This document shows positions 1-9,786 of a DNA stretch of 64,000 bases, in pieces. The translations under genes were made by a program, and so were the position numbers. This DNA is from a virus. Lineage: Duplodnaviria; Caudoviricetes. The notes beneath the pieces were generated by a model. It did no database searches. It was given only the letters and a program-made list of their open reading frames with translations, and had not been told where the DNA came from. Position 1 is the first letter of the stretch. Each line of letters begins with the position of its first letter. The DNA is taken from IMG/VR virus record IMGVR_UViG_3300005582_000006, positions 1 to 64,000 of that record. The stretch is one strand, 5' to 3'.

Positions 1-435
1 CCAACACCAACGCCAACACCTACACCAACACCGACTCCAACACCAACGCCTACACCAACACCGACTCCAACACCAACGCCAACACCTACACCGACTCCAA
101 CACCAACGCCTACACCAACACCGACTCCAACACCAACGCCTACACCAACACCGACTCCAACACCGACTCCAACACCTACACCAACGCCAACACCTACACC
201 GACTCCAACACCAACGCCAACACCTACACCAACGCCAACACCTACACCAACGCCAACACCTACACCAACGCCAACACCAACGCCTACACCAACACCGACT
301 CCAACACCTACACCGACTCCAACACCAACGCCAACACCTACACCAACGCCAACACCTACACCGAATCCAACACCAACGCCTACACCTACACCGACTCCAA
401 CACCAACACCTACACCTACCCCAACGCCTACTCCA
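1..435 (+). repeat. Coding (Pro-Thr)n repeat, about 145 codons, synonymous codons shuffled
   Basis: CCN-ACN hexamers throughout. The 30-nt unit ccgactccaacaccaacgcctacaccaaca recurs at 31, 91 and 121. Confidence 0.95.
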
Positions 436-1140
436 GAAGAATATCTTGGTTATGAAATAGCTGTATTTACATCTAACTTAAATCCTAATCCATCAGAAGG
501 ATTTACTTTAGGGGTTAGTCTTTCTTTGGGAAAAAGATATGAAAATTGTCAAAACATATATGCACAATTAATAAATGGTGATGGAACAAATTATGGCGTT
601 TCACATTCAACAGGATTTGTAAATCTTACAAACGGAAATTATCTATTTACTGGAATAATACCAACATCATTTAGAGGGGCTATTAAGTTTTATTGTGGGT
701 CTGAACTTTTAGGTGCTACTGCAATTAATCCAGAAGAATATGAAAATGTAGATGTTAAAGTAAGTACAAGGTGTGCTACTTCTGGAGTAGGAGTTCCAGC
801 ATTAACAAATCCAATACCAATTAATCCAGAAGATCCTATAGAACTAAGACTTACAGATGACTATTTAACAGAAGAATCAAGATCCATAGACATAACTTCT
901 GTTAATTGGCCAGACCTAACTAATTCTACTACAGACTTTATGATTGATTCTAGACCAACATTCATTAAACGAGCACAGCTACTTAACGGAACATCTTTAA
1001 GAATTGAACTTAGCAATGAAGAATTAGCACAAATTGGGGCAGGAAGGTGGTCATATGAATTTAGATCTACCTTATCTAATACCCATATAATTACGCTGTC
1101 TGTTGGCAATATAGTTATAGTGCCACCATTTACCGATTAA
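1..1140 (+). CDS. 5'-truncated virion-associated protein with long Pro-Thr repeat and C-terminal globular domain
   Basis: Frame 1 is open from base 1 (cca aca cca acg...) through PTPT..., EEYLGYEIAVF and into the listed ORF at 526 (same frame), stopping at 1140. The TTG at 526 is therefore internal. Confidence 0.8.
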   Translation, partial: PTPTPTPTPTPTPTPTPTPTPTPTPTPTPTPTPTPTPTPTPTPTPTPTPTPTPTPTPTPTPTPTPTPTPTPTPTPTPTPTPTPTPTPTPTPTPTPTPTPTPTPTPTPTPTPTPTPTPTPTPNPTPTPTPTPTPTPTPTPTPTPTPEEYLGYEIAVFTSNLNPNPSEGFTLGVSLSLGKRYENCQNIYAQLINGDGTNYGVSHSTGFVNLTNGNYLFTGIIPTSFRGAIKFYCGSELLGATAINPEEYENVDVKVSTRCATSGVGVPALTNPIPINPEDPIELRLTDDYLTEESRSIDITSVNWPDLTNSTTDFMIDSRPTFIKRAQLLNGTSLRIELSNEELAQIGAGRWSYEFRSTLSNTHIITLSVGNIVIVPPFTD

Positions 1141-1144
1141 AATA

Positions 1145-1160
1145 TGGTGTATTATTAATT
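1145..1160 (+). promoter_or_regulatory. Putative late promoter, GGTGTATW motif
   Basis: TGGTGTATTATTAATT in an intergenic gap; the same core occurs in the gaps at 4036, 6182 and 34820. Confidence 0.55.
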
Positions 1161-1189
1161 GAAACAATACTCTAACCATAGAGGTTATT

Positions 1190-1720
1190 ATGTACTGGCA
1201 AGCAGAATTTATAACATTATTGAGAGTTTTACTAGACGATTTAGTTTCTCCACAACTCTATACAGACAAACGACTTACGCAAGTAATTGCTGTTGCTGCT
1301 CAACTAGTTACTTCAGAATTAAAATTTGCAAATAATTTTCAAGTCGATATTCAAGCACTCACAATTAATCCTAGTCCAGTAGATAGGGCGACTACTAGAG
1401 ATGACAACTTTATAAATTTAGTGACTATAAAATCAGCATGTTTAATAGAGCGTGGCGAGACAAGAAGGGCTGTTGGTCAAGGAATTGCTATTAGAGATGG
1501 TAGTTCTTCTATTGACTTGCGTGGAACTATGGATGGTAGAATGAAATTACTAGAAAAGGGTTGGTGTTCTGTTTACGAAGAAGTTAAACTAGAATATCAA
1601 ACGGCAAGAGTTGGATTAGTAGCTGGTGCTGCTATAATGAGTCCGTTTAGAATATTTGCTGGTTCTAGAGATCAAGTTTATTATACTAGCAATGAAGGCA
1701 GAACATTTTTCCCAAGATAA
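1190..1720 (+). CDS. Putative head-tail adaptor (neck) protein
   Basis: SD GAGG upstream. Helical N-terminus LRVLLDD...YTDKRL resembles connector proteins, and the gene lies upstream of the tail genes. Confidence 0.5.
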   Translation: MYWQAEFITLLRVLLDDLVSPQLYTDKRLTQVIAVAAQLVTSELKFANNFQVDIQALTINPSPVDRATTRDDNFINLVTIKSACLIERGETRRAVGQGIAIRDGSSSIDLRGTMDGRMKLLEKGWCSVYEEVKLEYQTARVGLVAGAAIMSPFRIFAGSRDQVYYTSNEGRTFFPR

Positions 1721-1731
1721 GGAGTAGGTAG

Positions 1732-2190
1732 ATGGCAACTCATCATATAATTAATAGCGGTGTGATTAAAATTGGATCTTCAACTATTCAACCAACTGAA
1801 GGGCATCCTTCTGGAGAAGTAACTACTTACAATAGGGTTGATGTTAGAACATTTTCTGATATTGAACCAGTAAATTTAAGTAGAAATTTTGGCTATTACA
1901 ATGTAGATACTAGCATGAGCGATAGTCTTGAAGATGGCTCTAGTGCTATTGCTGCAACAGGAATTAGCCAACAAGTTTTCCCTGCAAAATCAGGAAGAAA
2001 TTATTTTTACTTTAAAAACAATTCTACTGGAATTATGTACTTGAATTTTGGCGAAGATGCTGATACAACTACATCATATAATTTATCAGCAAATCAAGAA
2101 CTAGTATTTGAGAATGGGTTTGTTCCATTAGATGCGGTCAATGTTTATTCGGTTGAGCTATCTGGTTTGTTTGTTGCAAAACAGGCTTAA
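1732..2190 (+). CDS. Hypothetical virion protein (beta-rich C-terminal domain)
   Basis: SD AAGGAG; 152 aa; inside the structural operon. Confidence 0.6.
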   Translation: MATHHIINSGVIKIGSSTIQPTEGHPSGEVTTYNRVDVRTFSDIEPVNLSRNFGYYNVDTSMSDSLEDGSSAIAATGISQQVFPAKSGRNYFYFKNNSTGIMYLNFGEDADTTTSYNLSANQELVFENGFVPLDAVNVYSVELSGLFVAKQA

Positions 2191-2220
2191 TTTAAGTTTT
2201 AGGAAGCTAAAGGAGGATTT

Positions 2221-4020
2221 ATGTTATTAACCATTGGTATGGCTACATATGATGATTTTGATGGTGTTTATTTTACACTTCAAGCACTAAAAGCTTTTCA
2301 CAATCTAGAAGATGTAGAACTTTTAGTAATAGATACAAAGCCTAAATCTTGTGAAGACACTAAGTCAGCATGTGGAAGTGCTGGTGCTAAGTACATACAC
2401 GCTCCAGAAAAAACTGGAACATCTCAATCTAGAAATCATGTTTTTGAAATGGCAACTGGCAAATTTGTAATGTGTATTGATTGTCACATTATTTTTGCAA
2501 AAGACTCTATTGAGAAGCTTAAAGAATACTTAAAGAAAAACGAAAATACAAAAAATTTAATTCAAGGTCCACTTCTTTACGATGACCAAAAAAGCACATC
2601 TACGCATTTTGATCCAGGCTGGAGAGGTCATATGTATGGAACTTGGGGTAATGATCCTAGAATTATTTCAGAAGAAGAATTTGAAATTCCAATGCAAGGT
2701 CTAGGCGTTTTTTGCATGAGGAAAGATGCTTGGCCAGCATTCAATAAGAATTTTCGTGGATTCGGTGGTGAAGAAGGTTACATACAAGAAAAGGTTAGAC
2801 AGAATGGTGGAAAAACAGTTTGTCTTACATTTTTAAAATGGATACATAGATTTGGCAGACCAAAAGGTGTTCCATACCCACTATCTGTTGTAGATAGAAT
2901 TTTTAATTATATTATTGGTTGGACAGAAATTGGTTGGAATCATAGAGAAGTAATTAATTATTTTAGTGGCAAAGTAACGCAGGAAGAGCTATTTAAAGCC
3001 ATTAGTGATTCGTCTAAATTTATTGGTAATCCTGTTCCAATAAACTCTTCAGAAAAAAATGCAATTAAAGTTAAAGCTTATGTTATTGGAAGAGAAAGTG
3101 TAACTACTGAAGAATCATTCAAAAAGATTAAATGGACTAAAGAAAAAGAATATATGTTGGGTGCAAATTTAAAATCTGTACTAGAAAAATTTATTGCAGA
3201 AGGAAATGACTATGCTTTAATATGTAAGGGCAATTTAAGACTAGAAAAAAATATAAACATAATGATTGATTTTTGGCCACTAATTAAAACAGGTCAAGCA
3301 AAGATAACTATATTTGATCAGATAAATAAGTCATCTCTAAAGACAAAGCATTCTCAACTTTCTTATAAAATTGCAGACATTGACGAACTAGACGATGCAC
3401 CTTTATATTTTGTAAGTAAAGATTTTGCACAAAAAGTTCTAGATGATTACAAAGAAGGTGCAGAGTTCTCTTATATTTGTGAAAAAGAAAATATTATTCC
3501 TTTTCTTTACACATTTGAAGAAAACATTCTTAGACTTAGAATGCAATATGTTCCTCTACCTAATGTTGATGGTGGACTTTCAGTTGAAGCAGTAAGAGAA
3601 ATTGTTTGGGCAGCAAACAACTCGTATTGTTTAGATATAAGCTCAGAAGGTCTACAAACCACCCTTGCTCTTTGCCAAAGAGGGCTTGGGGTAGTTAGAG
3701 TAGATGAATATAAAAATCAATCTAAAGAACAATTACAAACGACTATAAAGAATTTTAGCTACGAAAACTTTATTCTTACAGACAAAACAGATGATTTTCA
3801 AGCACCAGAAGACAATCCTAGAACTCTATTAATCAACTACAAGGGGTTGTCTCAAGAACTTATTGATTTCTCATTAATAAAACAAGAAACATTCTTAAGG
3901 CCCAAAGATTGTTTGATTATAGTTAATGCAGATCAAGAAGTTGCAGATATTTATAAAAAATCTGAAAAACTTAGTGTAATTAATTCATCAGACGATTATT
4001 TAATTTTAAAGAAGCTTTAA
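2221..4020 (+). CDS. Glycosyltransferase family 2 (GT-A) with degenerate C-terminal domains
   Basis: LTIGMATYDD start, SRNHVF, CIDCH (DxD-like), and FRGFGGEEG typical of GT2/GT7-type C-terminal motifs; SD AAGGAGG. Confidence 0.8.
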   Translation: MLLTIGMATYDDFDGVYFTLQALKAFHNLEDVELLVIDTKPKSCEDTKSACGSAGAKYIHAPEKTGTSQSRNHVFEMATGKFVMCIDCHIIFAKDSIEKLKEYLKKNENTKNLIQGPLLYDDQKSTSTHFDPGWRGHMYGTWGNDPRIISEEEFEIPMQGLGVFCMRKDAWPAFNKNFRGFGGEEGYIQEKVRQNGGKTVCLTFLKWIHRFGRPKGVPYPLSVVDRIFNYIIGWTEIGWNHREVINYFSGKVTQEELFKAISDSSKFIGNPVPINSSEKNAIKVKAYVIGRESVTTEESFKKIKWTKEKEYMLGANLKSVLEKFIAEGNDYALICKGNLRLEKNINIMIDFWPLIKTGQAKITIFDQINKSSLKTKHSQLSYKIADIDELDDAPLYFVSKDFAQKVLDDYKEGAEFSYICEKENIIPFLYTFEENILRLRMQYVPLPNVDGGLSVEAVREIVWAANNSYCLDISSEGLQTTLALCQRGLGVVRVDEYKNQSKEQLQTTIKNFSYENFILTDKTDDFQAPEDNPRTLLINYKGLSQELIDFSLIKQETFLRPKDCLIIVNADQEVADIYKKSEKLSVINSSDDYLILKKL

Positions 4021-4035
4021 TTGTATAATTATCAG

Positions 4036-4051
4036 TGGTGTATTATACATT
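4036..4051 (+). promoter_or_regulatory. Putative late promoter directly abutting a start codon (possible leaderless mRNA)
   Basis: TGGTGTATTATACATT followed immediately by ATG 4052; no SD visible. Confidence 0.5.
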
Positions 4052-4573
4052 ATGGGCAAATTATTTACATTATCTGATGATGTCAAAAAAATAGCTCAAG
4101 ATGCTATAGATGACCTAATAGATCAATTGGGCAAGGATTGCCTATTGGTTTATCCCCCACTTCCAAATGCTTGTGTTAATTGTGTTATAGATCCGATTGG
4201 GAACAAGTCATCAAATCATTGGACTAGTGGTGGTCCTATGCCTTTTCCAAATGGCAGTATTTGCCCTTTGTGTGATGGTAGGGGATATCATTTCTCAGAG
4301 ACAACAACTCCGATAAAGCTTTTAATATCAAATAGCCCTTCTGATTGGTTTGTTAAAGTTCCAGCAAACATACAGCATCCAGCGGGAACAATTCAGACCA
4401 AGGGATATATAAAAGATTTAGCAAATGTTTTGCAGTCAAGAAAAATGATTATGCAAATAAGCTTAGAGCCAATGATTAGATATACATATGAACTTGCTGG
4501 CGAGCCTATTGATCAAGGAAACATAGTGCAAAACAGATATTGGGTTGCTATATGGAATAGAATAGGAGCTTAA
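4052..4573 (+). CDS. Putative head-closure/neck protein with Zn-binding CxxC pairs
   Basis: CVNC and CPLC motifs; position within the neck module. Confidence 0.5.
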   Translation: MGKLFTLSDDVKKIAQDAIDDLIDQLGKDCLLVYPPLPNACVNCVIDPIGNKSSNHWTSGGPMPFPNGSICPLCDGRGYHFSETTTPIKLLISNSPSDWFVKVPANIQHPAGTIQTKGYIKDLANVLQSRKMIMQISLEPMIRYTYELAGEPIDQGNIVQNRYWVAIWNRIGA

Positions 4574-4575
4574 AT

Positions 4576-5226
4576 ATGGCTTCTTTTAAATATAATGTTA
4601 ACCTTGACGAACAACAATTTGCATTAGCTGTAGTAAAAGAACTAAAAGCAACTCTTCGCAGAACAATAAATCAATTAATTGTACAAATAAGGCCAAGTGT
4701 TGTTGAATATATTGAAGATAAATTAAGAAAAGGTCCAAATGATACATATAATTCTTTAAGTATTGGAAAATTGAGAGATGATTTTGGTTTTAGACCAGGT
4801 GAAAATGTTGGAGAAAGAGTTGTTAAGGCAATATCGTCATCAATTCAAATAAATGCACTTGGACCAACTTCAGCAAGTTTGGGCGGTATTAGATTATCGT
4901 TATTTAAGGGTGGTGGCATAGAATCTTTATTAGATAAAGATTTTGGTGCTTATGACTCAAATGGCAATATTGTTGATTGGCTAAGATGGCTGTTAACTGC
5001 TGGTGATACTATAGTTATTGCTGATTATGAAGTAATATATAAAGATACGCCTCGTTCAAGAAGTCGCCACGCACTAATGATTTCTCCAAAAATGTCAAAA
5101 GGATTTAGGGTAGACCCAAATCATTCCGGAACAATAGATGATAACTGGATAACTAGAGCATTAGCTGCTACAGAAGCAGACATGCTCAAGAAGTTAAAAG
5201 AAGGCTTAGAGGGATTATTAAAATGA
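4576..5226 (+). CDS. Putative neck/tail-completion protein
   Basis: Position between the head-closure-like and terminator-like genes; the C-terminal DNWITRAL helix is reminiscent of HK97 gp10-like proteins. Confidence 0.45.
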   Translation: MASFKYNVNLDEQQFALAVVKELKATLRRTINQLIVQIRPSVVEYIEDKLRKGPNDTYNSLSIGKLRDDFGFRPGENVGERVVKAISSSIQINALGPTSASLGGIRLSLFKGGGIESLLDKDFGAYDSNGNIVDWLRWLLTAGDTIVIADYEVIYKDTPRSRSRHALMISPKMSKGFRVDPNHSGTIDDNWITRALAATEADMLKKLKEGLEGLLK

Positions 5227-6179
5227 GCATAAAATTTCATGGCGTAACAAATTATGGAGATTCCTTAACTTCAGACTTACTAGAAACATCTGTTCATATG
5301 TTCATGCAAAATGGATTTTTATGTGCTGGTGCTTTTACAAATATTTATGTTCCAACAGGAGTTTACCCCACAGGAGTTGGTTCACATTCTTTACCATCTT
5401 ATAAGATGAGACTTTCTAGAGATCCTAGATATGCAAATGGTTCTGTTTGGGAAGGTGCTAGATCAGATTGGGTGTGGGAGTCTGGAGTTGAATATACTCA
5501 TCAACCTATAAGTATTAGTGGTATATATGTAAACACATCTTTTATACCTAAAAATACATCTGGACCTTCTGGATATAAGATAAATTATCCCGAAGGTAAA
5601 ATTATTTTTAATTCCCCAATAGCTACAACTAGTACAGTTAAATGTGAACATTCTTATAGAAATGTAAGGATTGTATCTGCTGATATACCTTGGTTTCAAA
5701 CCATACAATATGACAGCTTTAGAGTTGATGATGTTCAATTTTCGTCTAAAGGGTCTGGTGCTTGGGATGTTCTTTCCCTAAATAGAATACAGCTTCCTGC
5801 TATAGTTTTAGAAACATTGCCATCTGTGAGCATGACACCTTATGAGCTAGGAGCTATTAATAGGGTTCATAAACAAGATATATTGATGCATGTTTTTGCA
5901 GAAACACCTTGGGATAGAAGGCAAGTTCATGATGTTATTATTAATCAATGGGAAAAAAGATTTTGGGGTATAGATAAGACAAAACTTTTAGCTGATCAAA
6001 AATACCCTCTTACATATGATGGGCAAATAGCTCCATCTGGATTAAATTATGGGGATATAACAACTGACTACCAATGGAAGCTGATATCTTTTGATAAAAT
6101 TAGATCTCAAGAGCAGTTTGCTGCTCCACCTATGTATAGATCTAGTATAAGAGTTACTTTCTCAATAGATTCTCTTTAA
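5223..6179 (+). CDS. Putative tail terminator/completion protein
   Basis: ATGA overlap with the upstream gene. QLPAIVLE...DILMHVFAE...R pattern of tail terminator folds; immediately precedes the major tail gene. Confidence 0.5.
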   Translation: MSIKFHGVTNYGDSLTSDLLETSVHMFMQNGFLCAGAFTNIYVPTGVYPTGVGSHSLPSYKMRLSRDPRYANGSVWEGARSDWVWESGVEYTHQPISISGIYVNTSFIPKNTSGPSGYKINYPEGKIIFNSPIATTSTVKCEHSYRNVRIVSADIPWFQTIQYDSFRVDDVQFSSKGSGAWDVLSLNRIQLPAIVLETLPSVSMTPYELGAINRVHKQDILMHVFAETPWDRRQVHDVIINQWEKRFWGIDKTKLLADQKYPLTYDGQIAPSGLNYGDITTDYQWKLISFDKIRSQEQFAAPPMYRSSIRVTFSIDSL

Positions 6180-6181
6180 AT

Positions 6182-6197
6182 TGGTGTATTAATTAAG
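6182..6197 (+). promoter_or_regulatory. Putative late promoter for the major tail protein
   Basis: TGGTGTATTAATTAAG in the intergenic gap. Confidence 0.55.
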
Positions 6198-6242
6198 TGA
6201 GGGTTGATTTTTGGACAGAATTTTATATGGGAGATTCATAAA

Positions 6243-7337
6243 ATGGCAAATCGAAGAATATTTTACGCTTGTCAAGCAGTAGGCATTGCAGCAGATGGCA
6301 CTACTTCTTATCAAGAAGTTCGTGGTCTTCAATCTGTTGGTATTAATACTACTTTTAATCTTCAACAAGTTTTTGAAATCGGTATGATTTCAATCTATGA
6401 AAACATCGAAGGTGTTGCAGATGTAGAAGTTACACTTGAAAAAGTACTTGATGGTTTTCCGTTGTTGTACCATCTCGGAACTCAAGGTGCTTCTAGTGCA
6501 ACTTTGGTTGGTCGATCTAACAGGAAAGCAATTCTTGCTCTTTCTATTACTGATGATACTCAAGAAGCTGCTTCTGGAGTTCCAAGTTCTACTTGTGTTG
6601 TTTCTGGATGCTTTGTAAGTCAAGTTTCTTACAAAATTGGCATTGATGGAAATGCTACTGAATCAGTAACTATGGTTGCAAACAATAAGGTTTGGAATAC
6701 TGGTTCTACTGGTAAGTGGACACCACTCTTTCGACCAGCAGACAATGCTGATCCTGCTTGGGATGCTGATCCATATGATGAAGCGACTAATTTTAGTGCT
6801 CAACGATCTGCCTCTGGTATTGCTCAAAGACAGCACCTTAATATGGACAAGTCTGTTTTCCCAACTCAGATTCCTGGTATTGATGCTTCTGGCAAGAATA
6901 CTATTAATAGTACCTTAAAATGCTTTAATACATCTTTCCAATCCGCTTCTGCTTCTGCGACTCTTGGTCGTGAACAGATTCTTGAATTGGGTCGAAAAGC
7001 ACCTTACTTCCGATATACCAAATTCCCAGTAGAAGTTAGTGCTGAATTTGAAGTATTGGCAAAAGGTGGCGATGATATTGAAGTAACCGAAAGTGGTTCT
7101 GCTTTCAATAGTTACAATGGTAACAACTTGAAAGATCAGACAATTAAGTTAGTTCTTACTGAAGGTACTGTTATTGATCTTGGTACAAAAAACAAGATGC
7201 AATCTTGTAATTACCAAGGTGGTGGTGTTGACGGCAACAATGCAACTGTCACCTACTCATTCAGAACCTTTAACGACTTTACTATTAAGCATCCAGTAGA
7301 TCCTACATCTGCTTTACGAAGCACTGCTGATCTATAA
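6243..7337 (+). CDS. Major tail (tube) protein
   Basis: Start re-called at ATG 6243 (SD GGAG). The GLQSVG...VFEIG and REQILELGRK halves resemble a duplicated tube fold. Biased codon usage, own promoter and terminator, upstream of chaperones and TMP. Confidence 0.7.
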   Translation: MANRRIFYACQAVGIAADGTTSYQEVRGLQSVGINTTFNLQQVFEIGMISIYENIEGVADVEVTLEKVLDGFPLLYHLGTQGASSATLVGRSNRKAILALSITDDTQEAASGVPSSTCVVSGCFVSQVSYKIGIDGNATESVTMVANNKVWNTGSTGKWTPLFRPADNADPAWDADPYDEATNFSAQRSASGIAQRQHLNMDKSVFPTQIPGIDASGKNTINSTLKCFNTSFQSASASATLGREQILELGRKAPYFRYTKFPVEVSAEFEVLAKGGDDIEVTESGSAFNSYNGNNLKDQTIKLVLTEGTVIDLGTKNKMQSCNYQGGGVDGNNATVTYSFRTFNDFTIKHPVDPTSALRSTADL

Positions 7338-7357
7338 TAGTTTGCAAACAAATATGT

Positions 7358-7390
7358 GGGCAGCAGGGAAACCTGTTGCCCCTTATTTTT
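7358..7390 (+). terminator. Rho-independent terminator
   Basis: Stem-loop GGGCAGCAGG-GAAA-CCTGTTGCCC followed by CTTATTTTT. Confidence 0.85.
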
Positions 7391-7401
7391 AGGAATATAG
7401 G

Positions 7402-8448
7402 ATGGATCAGTTTAAGAAGGAATTATATATTAGTAGAATTATTACTGGATTTTTTCGTTGTAAAATCAACGGAAAAGTCTATTTGCTTAAACAGCCAGAT
7501 CGCCACACTCGCCACATCGCTCAAGAAATATTCATAGAATCATTTGAAGAAGCAGAATTAGAAGGTCTGTACAATCAAGAAGAATTAGAATTCTTCATGT
7601 ATAGCAACAATGTATGGGATGATGAGAAAGAAAAACAAATCGTTCAAATGCCAAAAGACATTGAGGAATTAAAAGTAAGGCTATTTGAAGCCACATTTAA
7701 AACAGAAGAAAGAAAAACAATTAGGAAAATGCTTAAAATAGCAAAGGAAACATTTTCTAATCTATACAGAGAAAAAAGTGCATATAATCATTTATCTTGT
7801 GAAGGCATTGCCTCTATGGATAAGATGAGATACTTAGTTGGAAAAGGACTTTTATTTGAGGATGGAACTAGAGTTTGGGAAAATGATGACTTTTGGAAAC
7901 AAACTGAGCCACTTCTAGAAGATGCCACTTCAGCATTTATTGAAAATAAAATATCTGATTCTGAATTTAGAGAGATAGCAAGAACAGATCCTTGGCGATC
8001 TACATGGTCATGTAGAAAGTCTGAGAATAATTTATTTGGCGTTCCTGCTGTAGATTTAACAGAAGAACAAAAAAGCGTTATCATTTGGTCATCACTCTAT
8101 GATAATATATATGAGCATCCAGAATCTCCATCAGAAGAAGTTTTAGAAGATGATGATATGCTCGATGGATGGCTGATTTTGCAAAGAAGGAAAAGGGTTA
8201 AAAAAGGAATAGAAACAGGCGTAGATGGATTGCTGTCAAATGACAAAATAAGAAACAGTAAAGAAATATTTATAATTGCAGAAAACAAGGAAGATGCTAA
8301 GAAGATAGAATCTTTAAATGATATGAATGCAAGGATGATTAAGAAAGAAAGATCACAAGCTCTAAAAAAACATGGCACTCTTGCAGAAGAAAATATGCCC
8401 GACTCTATAAGGGATATTCAAATGCAAATGAATGCTGGAGGTAAGTAA
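7402..8448 (+). CDS. Putative tail assembly chaperone-like protein
   Basis: Acidic, helical 348-aa protein between the major tail gene and the TMP. Confidence 0.45.
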   Translation: MDQFKKELYISRIITGFFRCKINGKVYLLKQPDRHTRHIAQEIFIESFEEAELEGLYNQEELEFFMYSNNVWDDEKEKQIVQMPKDIEELKVRLFEATFKTEERKTIRKMLKIAKETFSNLYREKSAYNHLSCEGIASMDKMRYLVGKGLLFEDGTRVWENDDFWKQTEPLLEDATSAFIENKISDSEFREIARTDPWRSTWSCRKSENNLFGVPAVDLTEEQKSVIIWSSLYDNIYEHPESPSEEVLEDDDMLDGWLILQRRKRVKKGIETGVDGLLSNDKIRNSKEIFIIAENKEDAKKIESLNDMNARMIKKERSQALKKHGTLAEENMPDSIRDIQMQMNAGGK

Positions 8449-8449
8449 A

Positions 8450-8815
8450 ATGGACATATATTCACAAATGGAAGATGCTTCTAACTTTTCTAAAAAGGAT
8501 GAAGAAAGAAATAGAAAAAAGTACGAAACTGAATCAAAAACAAGATTGCAAAAAATTATAACTACTAAGCTAAGAACATCATTTATTGGTGCTCTTTCTT
8601 CTTTTGAACAAAACTTCGGAGAGATTTGGGGATATGGAATAAGTGAAGCTGATTTAACTGACAAACAAAGAAAGTGGAGGGAACTATGGGATCTGTGTAG
8701 AACAAATGTTTTGAATAATGGCAATCATCAAATTAGATCTTGCGAAAATGAGATAATGCAGTATATTGTTTATTGGAACAGACACCAGAATATTCTTAAG
8801 CAAAAGGAGGATTAG
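8450..8815 (+). CDS. Hypothetical protein
   Basis: Start re-called at ATG 8450 after SD GGAGGT. Confidence 0.65.
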   Translation: MDIYSQMEDASNFSKKDEERNRKKYETESKTRLQKIITTKLRTSFIGALSSFEQNFGEIWGYGISEADLTDKQRKWRELWDLCRTNVLNNGNHQIRSCENEIMQYIVYWNRHQNILKQKED

Positions 8816-8817
8816 TT

Positions 8818-9690
8818 ATGAGTGTCACAAATAAGAAACAGTTTAAGGTGACTTTGGATAGTAAAGAAGTCGAACTTTGTGTTGTTCGACCTAATGTTAA
8901 GCAAAGGCAAGAAGGGCAAAAGATTTACAATAAGGCATTTAGAGATGCCGTTGAATCTGGTGCAATTCTTCGTGGTAAAGTCAATAATGTTATGCGAGAG
9001 CAGAATCTTTGGGATGATAACAAAGAAGCTGAATATCGTAAATTATTGGAAAAAATTAATGGGGCAGAAAGGAAGATTAAGTCTGGCGGTATTAAACTCA
9101 ATCAGGCTAAGGACTTAGCTCTTGAAATGAGGAAAGATCGTGCGGAACTTAGAGCTTTAACCTCTGAGCGATCATCCCTAGATAATAATACTGCTGAAGG
9201 TCAAGCAGATAATGCCCAATTCAATTACTGGGTTAGTTCATGTACGGTGTATTCAGAGACAGGGAAAACATATTTTAGTAATTATGAAGATTACTTAAAT
9301 AGAGATGACGATCCAGCAACTGGACAGGCAGCAGGAAGCCTTGCTATGTTGCTTTATAATCTTGATCCAGATTATGAAAAGAAACTACCTGAGAACCAGT
9401 TTTTAGCTAAATACAACTTTGTGGATGAAGAGTTGCATTTAGTTGATAAGACAGGGCGAAGGGTTGATTCTGAGGGTAGGCTAGTCAATAAGGATGGTAG
9501 GTATATTAGTGAGGCTGGTGAACTCATTGATATTCATGGTAATCGAGTTAACGAGGAAGGAGATTATGTTGTTGAATTCTCTCCGTTCCTTGATGACGAA
9601 GGTAAGCCAATCGAAGAAAAGATTGAGACTGTCAAAACAACGGCAGCACCAGAAATTGTTGTTGAAGCAGCTAAAGTTCCTGCTGAATAA
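8818..9690 (+). CDS. Putative tail assembly chaperone
   Basis: SD AGGAGG; acidic, coiled-coil; directly upstream of the TMP. Confidence 0.5.
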   Translation: MSVTNKKQFKVTLDSKEVELCVVRPNVKQRQEGQKIYNKAFRDAVESGAILRGKVNNVMREQNLWDDNKEAEYRKLLEKINGAERKIKSGGIKLNQAKDLALEMRKDRAELRALTSERSSLDNNTAEGQADNAQFNYWVSSCTVYSETGKTYFSNYEDYLNRDDDPATGQAAGSLAMLLYNLDPDYEKKLPENQFLAKYNFVDEELHLVDKTGRRVDSEGRLVNKDGRYISEAGELIDIHGNRVNEEGDYVVEFSPFLDDEGKPIEEKIETVKTTAAPEIVVEAAKVPAE

Positions 9691-9722
9691 GTCAAGAACT
9701 AAACGGACAGTATCGCATAGAT

Positions 9723-9782
9723 GGGCAGGGTTTAATCGTAGAAGTAACTACGCTTATGCTCTGCCCTTTTTTATTGAGGTAT
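9723..9782 (+). terminator. Long imperfect hairpin plus U-tract (terminator/attenuator) upstream of the TMP
   Basis: GGGCAGGGT..CGTAG-AAGTAA-CTACG..GCTCTGCCC followed by TTTTTT. Confidence 0.65.
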
Positions 9783-9786
9783 AAAA

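Noticed and set aside
1-435. Possible CRISPR array or non-coding satellite
   Set aside because: No unique spacers. Variation is almost entirely at third codon positions of an open Pro-Thr frame that continues into a normal CDS.
9494-9784. Possible programmed frameshift extension of the tail chaperone (lambda G/GT type)
   Set aside because: The overlapping ORF is in the +1 rather than -1 frame, no clear slippery heptamer was seen, and it runs through the hairpin. Not strictly excluded.
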